NCBI GenBank assembly: GCA_009914755.4 | Contig: CP086569.2 | Location: forward strand, 37,344,001 to 37,408,000 | Source of the DNA: the human T2T-CHM13v2.0 reference genome, Homo sapiens | Length of the DNA stretch: 64,000 nucleotides | Reading direction: 5' to 3' | Shown: piece by piece, positions 1-64,000 of the stretch | Numbering within the stretch: position 1 is the stretch's first letter | Layout of the letters: each line of letters opens with the position of its first letter | The notes under the pieces: model-generated | Seen by the model: only the letters and a program-made list of their open reading frames with translations | The model's database searches: none | Told to the model about the DNA's origin: nothing | Position numbers and translations under genes: made by a program

Positions 1-1670
<1,670 letters not shown>

Positions 1671-2247
1671 ATCCATATTTTTTAAATGAAAAAAAATTTC
1701 AAAGGTACTCTGCTTGGTACAATAATCAAATGTATAAACTGAGGAATAAAACATAACCATGAAACCTACTTATAACTGCATATGGAAAATACAGAGGATA
1801 ATTTTTTAAATAACATATTTTGAAAGCCTTAACTAGTAATTTGAAGAGTTGGCATTTGAAAGGCCAGTATGAATATACCTTCAAAGCAGCAACACAGGTT
1901 CCCCATGAGAAAAAGCAAACTCAGGGAAAATAAAACCACAAAGGTTCAATCTCTTCTGACCTTTGAAAGACACAGCACAGACAGTGGTCCTTAGGACGAA
2001 GAGCAGGAGACCCCTAATTCCGTCACCATGGCGATAGGGAATAAACATTGCTGGGTGAGGGCACAATCCACCTTGTGAGGTCCAACTGCTGCCAGGAAGA
2101 CAGGAGTGCTTTTACATAGACCGAAAAGTCATTGAAGGCTCAGAGTTTTGTTTCAAGAACTGAATCCCAAGCCCACACTTTATTAGGCTGCGCTTCTTAA
2201 AACAAGTTATGAGATGGGAAAAAGGGCACCCACAAACATACGTATAC
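1671..2247. other. Complex, moderately GC-rich, non-Alu segment of the monomer, taken from monomer #1. It recurs at the same offset in every unit, Alu start +294 to +870.
   Basis: Normal base composition with no short-period structure. It carries most of the unit's non-Alu CpGs: gaccgaaa, gacgaag, ccgtcacc, ggcgatag, ctgcgctt, cacacgtt. I do not recognise it as a known interspersed repeat family. Confidence 0.7.

Positions 2248-64000
<61,753 letters not shown>

Noticed and set aside
1746-1751. AATAAA hexamers and A-rich runs (for example aaatgaaaaaaaatttc at 1686-1702), which might be polyadenylation signals or promoters.
   Set aside because: They are expected by chance in AT-rich sequence. 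There is no associated ORF, TATA/Inr context or exon structure that could be supported from sequence alone.
1881-2066. A 61-codon minus-strand ORF (MCPHPAMFMPYRHGDGIRGLLLFVLRTTVCAVSFKGQKRLNLCGFIFPEFAFSHGEPVLLL) recurs in 25 of 26 monomers, for example 4301-4486, 6718-6903 ... 62335-62520.
   Set aside because: It repeats only because the satellite monomer repeats at ~98% identity, not because of selection. Its 'start' codon is TTG (the + strand reads caa at 2064-2066), and the first in-frame ATG leaves only 55 codons. Variants between copies are freely non-synonymous (I/N, K/I, M/V, T/N). Monomer 25 has lost the frame with no sign of compensation. The peptide is low-complexity and has no recognisable domain. 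No promoter or splice context is evident. Human satellite I / DYZ2 is not known to encode protein.
1671-2247. The complex 577-bp segment, which might be a fragment of another transposable element or an exon.
   Set aside because: I do not recognise it as any specific TE family, and it contains no meaningful ORF. It is most likely ancestral unique sequence captured in the amplified unit. This remains unresolved without a Dfam/RepeatMasker search.

Overview
The whole 64 kb window is one head-to-tail tandem array of a ~2.42 kb satellite monomer, with no unique flanking sequence on either side. Monomer lengths range from 2411 to 2420 bp, and the window holds 25 complete copies plus a partial copy at each end. 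The sequence is human-type (it contains an Alu SINE), not prokaryotic.

Each monomer has three parts:
- A minus-strand Alu of ~293 bp whose poly(A) tail appears as a T9 run on the + strand.
- A ~577 bp complex, moderately GC-rich segment that is not an obvious repeat.
- A ~1.55 kb block that is about 88–90% A+T and is pseudo-simple, built from ATATA, TATGATATA and TATATAACT-like motifs with a few conserved GC-containing anchors.

This architecture and period match the classical male-specific human Y-chromosome satellite DYZ2 (HSat1B, Yq12). That satellite was described as a ~2.4–2.47 kb tandem unit with one Alu family member per repeat plus AT-rich satellite I sequence. The four GGCC sites clustered in each unit predict a ~2.15 kb HaeIII fragment, which fits the classical 2.1 kb male-specific band. 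I cannot run a search, so this identification rests on recall.

Copies are about 97–99% identical to each other, but the array is not uniform. I can read at least four local subfamilies and several near-identical recent duplications:
- A 4.84 kb A+B dimer is duplicated at more than 99.8% identity (27978–32815 and 32816–37653).
- An adjacent monomer pair is about 99.5% identical (44901–49740).
- Two monomers are mosaic, with a switch of subfamily inside them.
- Most variable sites are CpG>TpG/CpA, as expected for methylated heterochromatin.

I found no credible protein-coding gene, RNA gene, CRISPR array, operon or defence or other novel biological system. Every ORF in the supplied track is a frame that repeats only because the monomer repeats, an antisense Alu read-through, or a Tyr/Ile-rich artefact of the AT-rich block.
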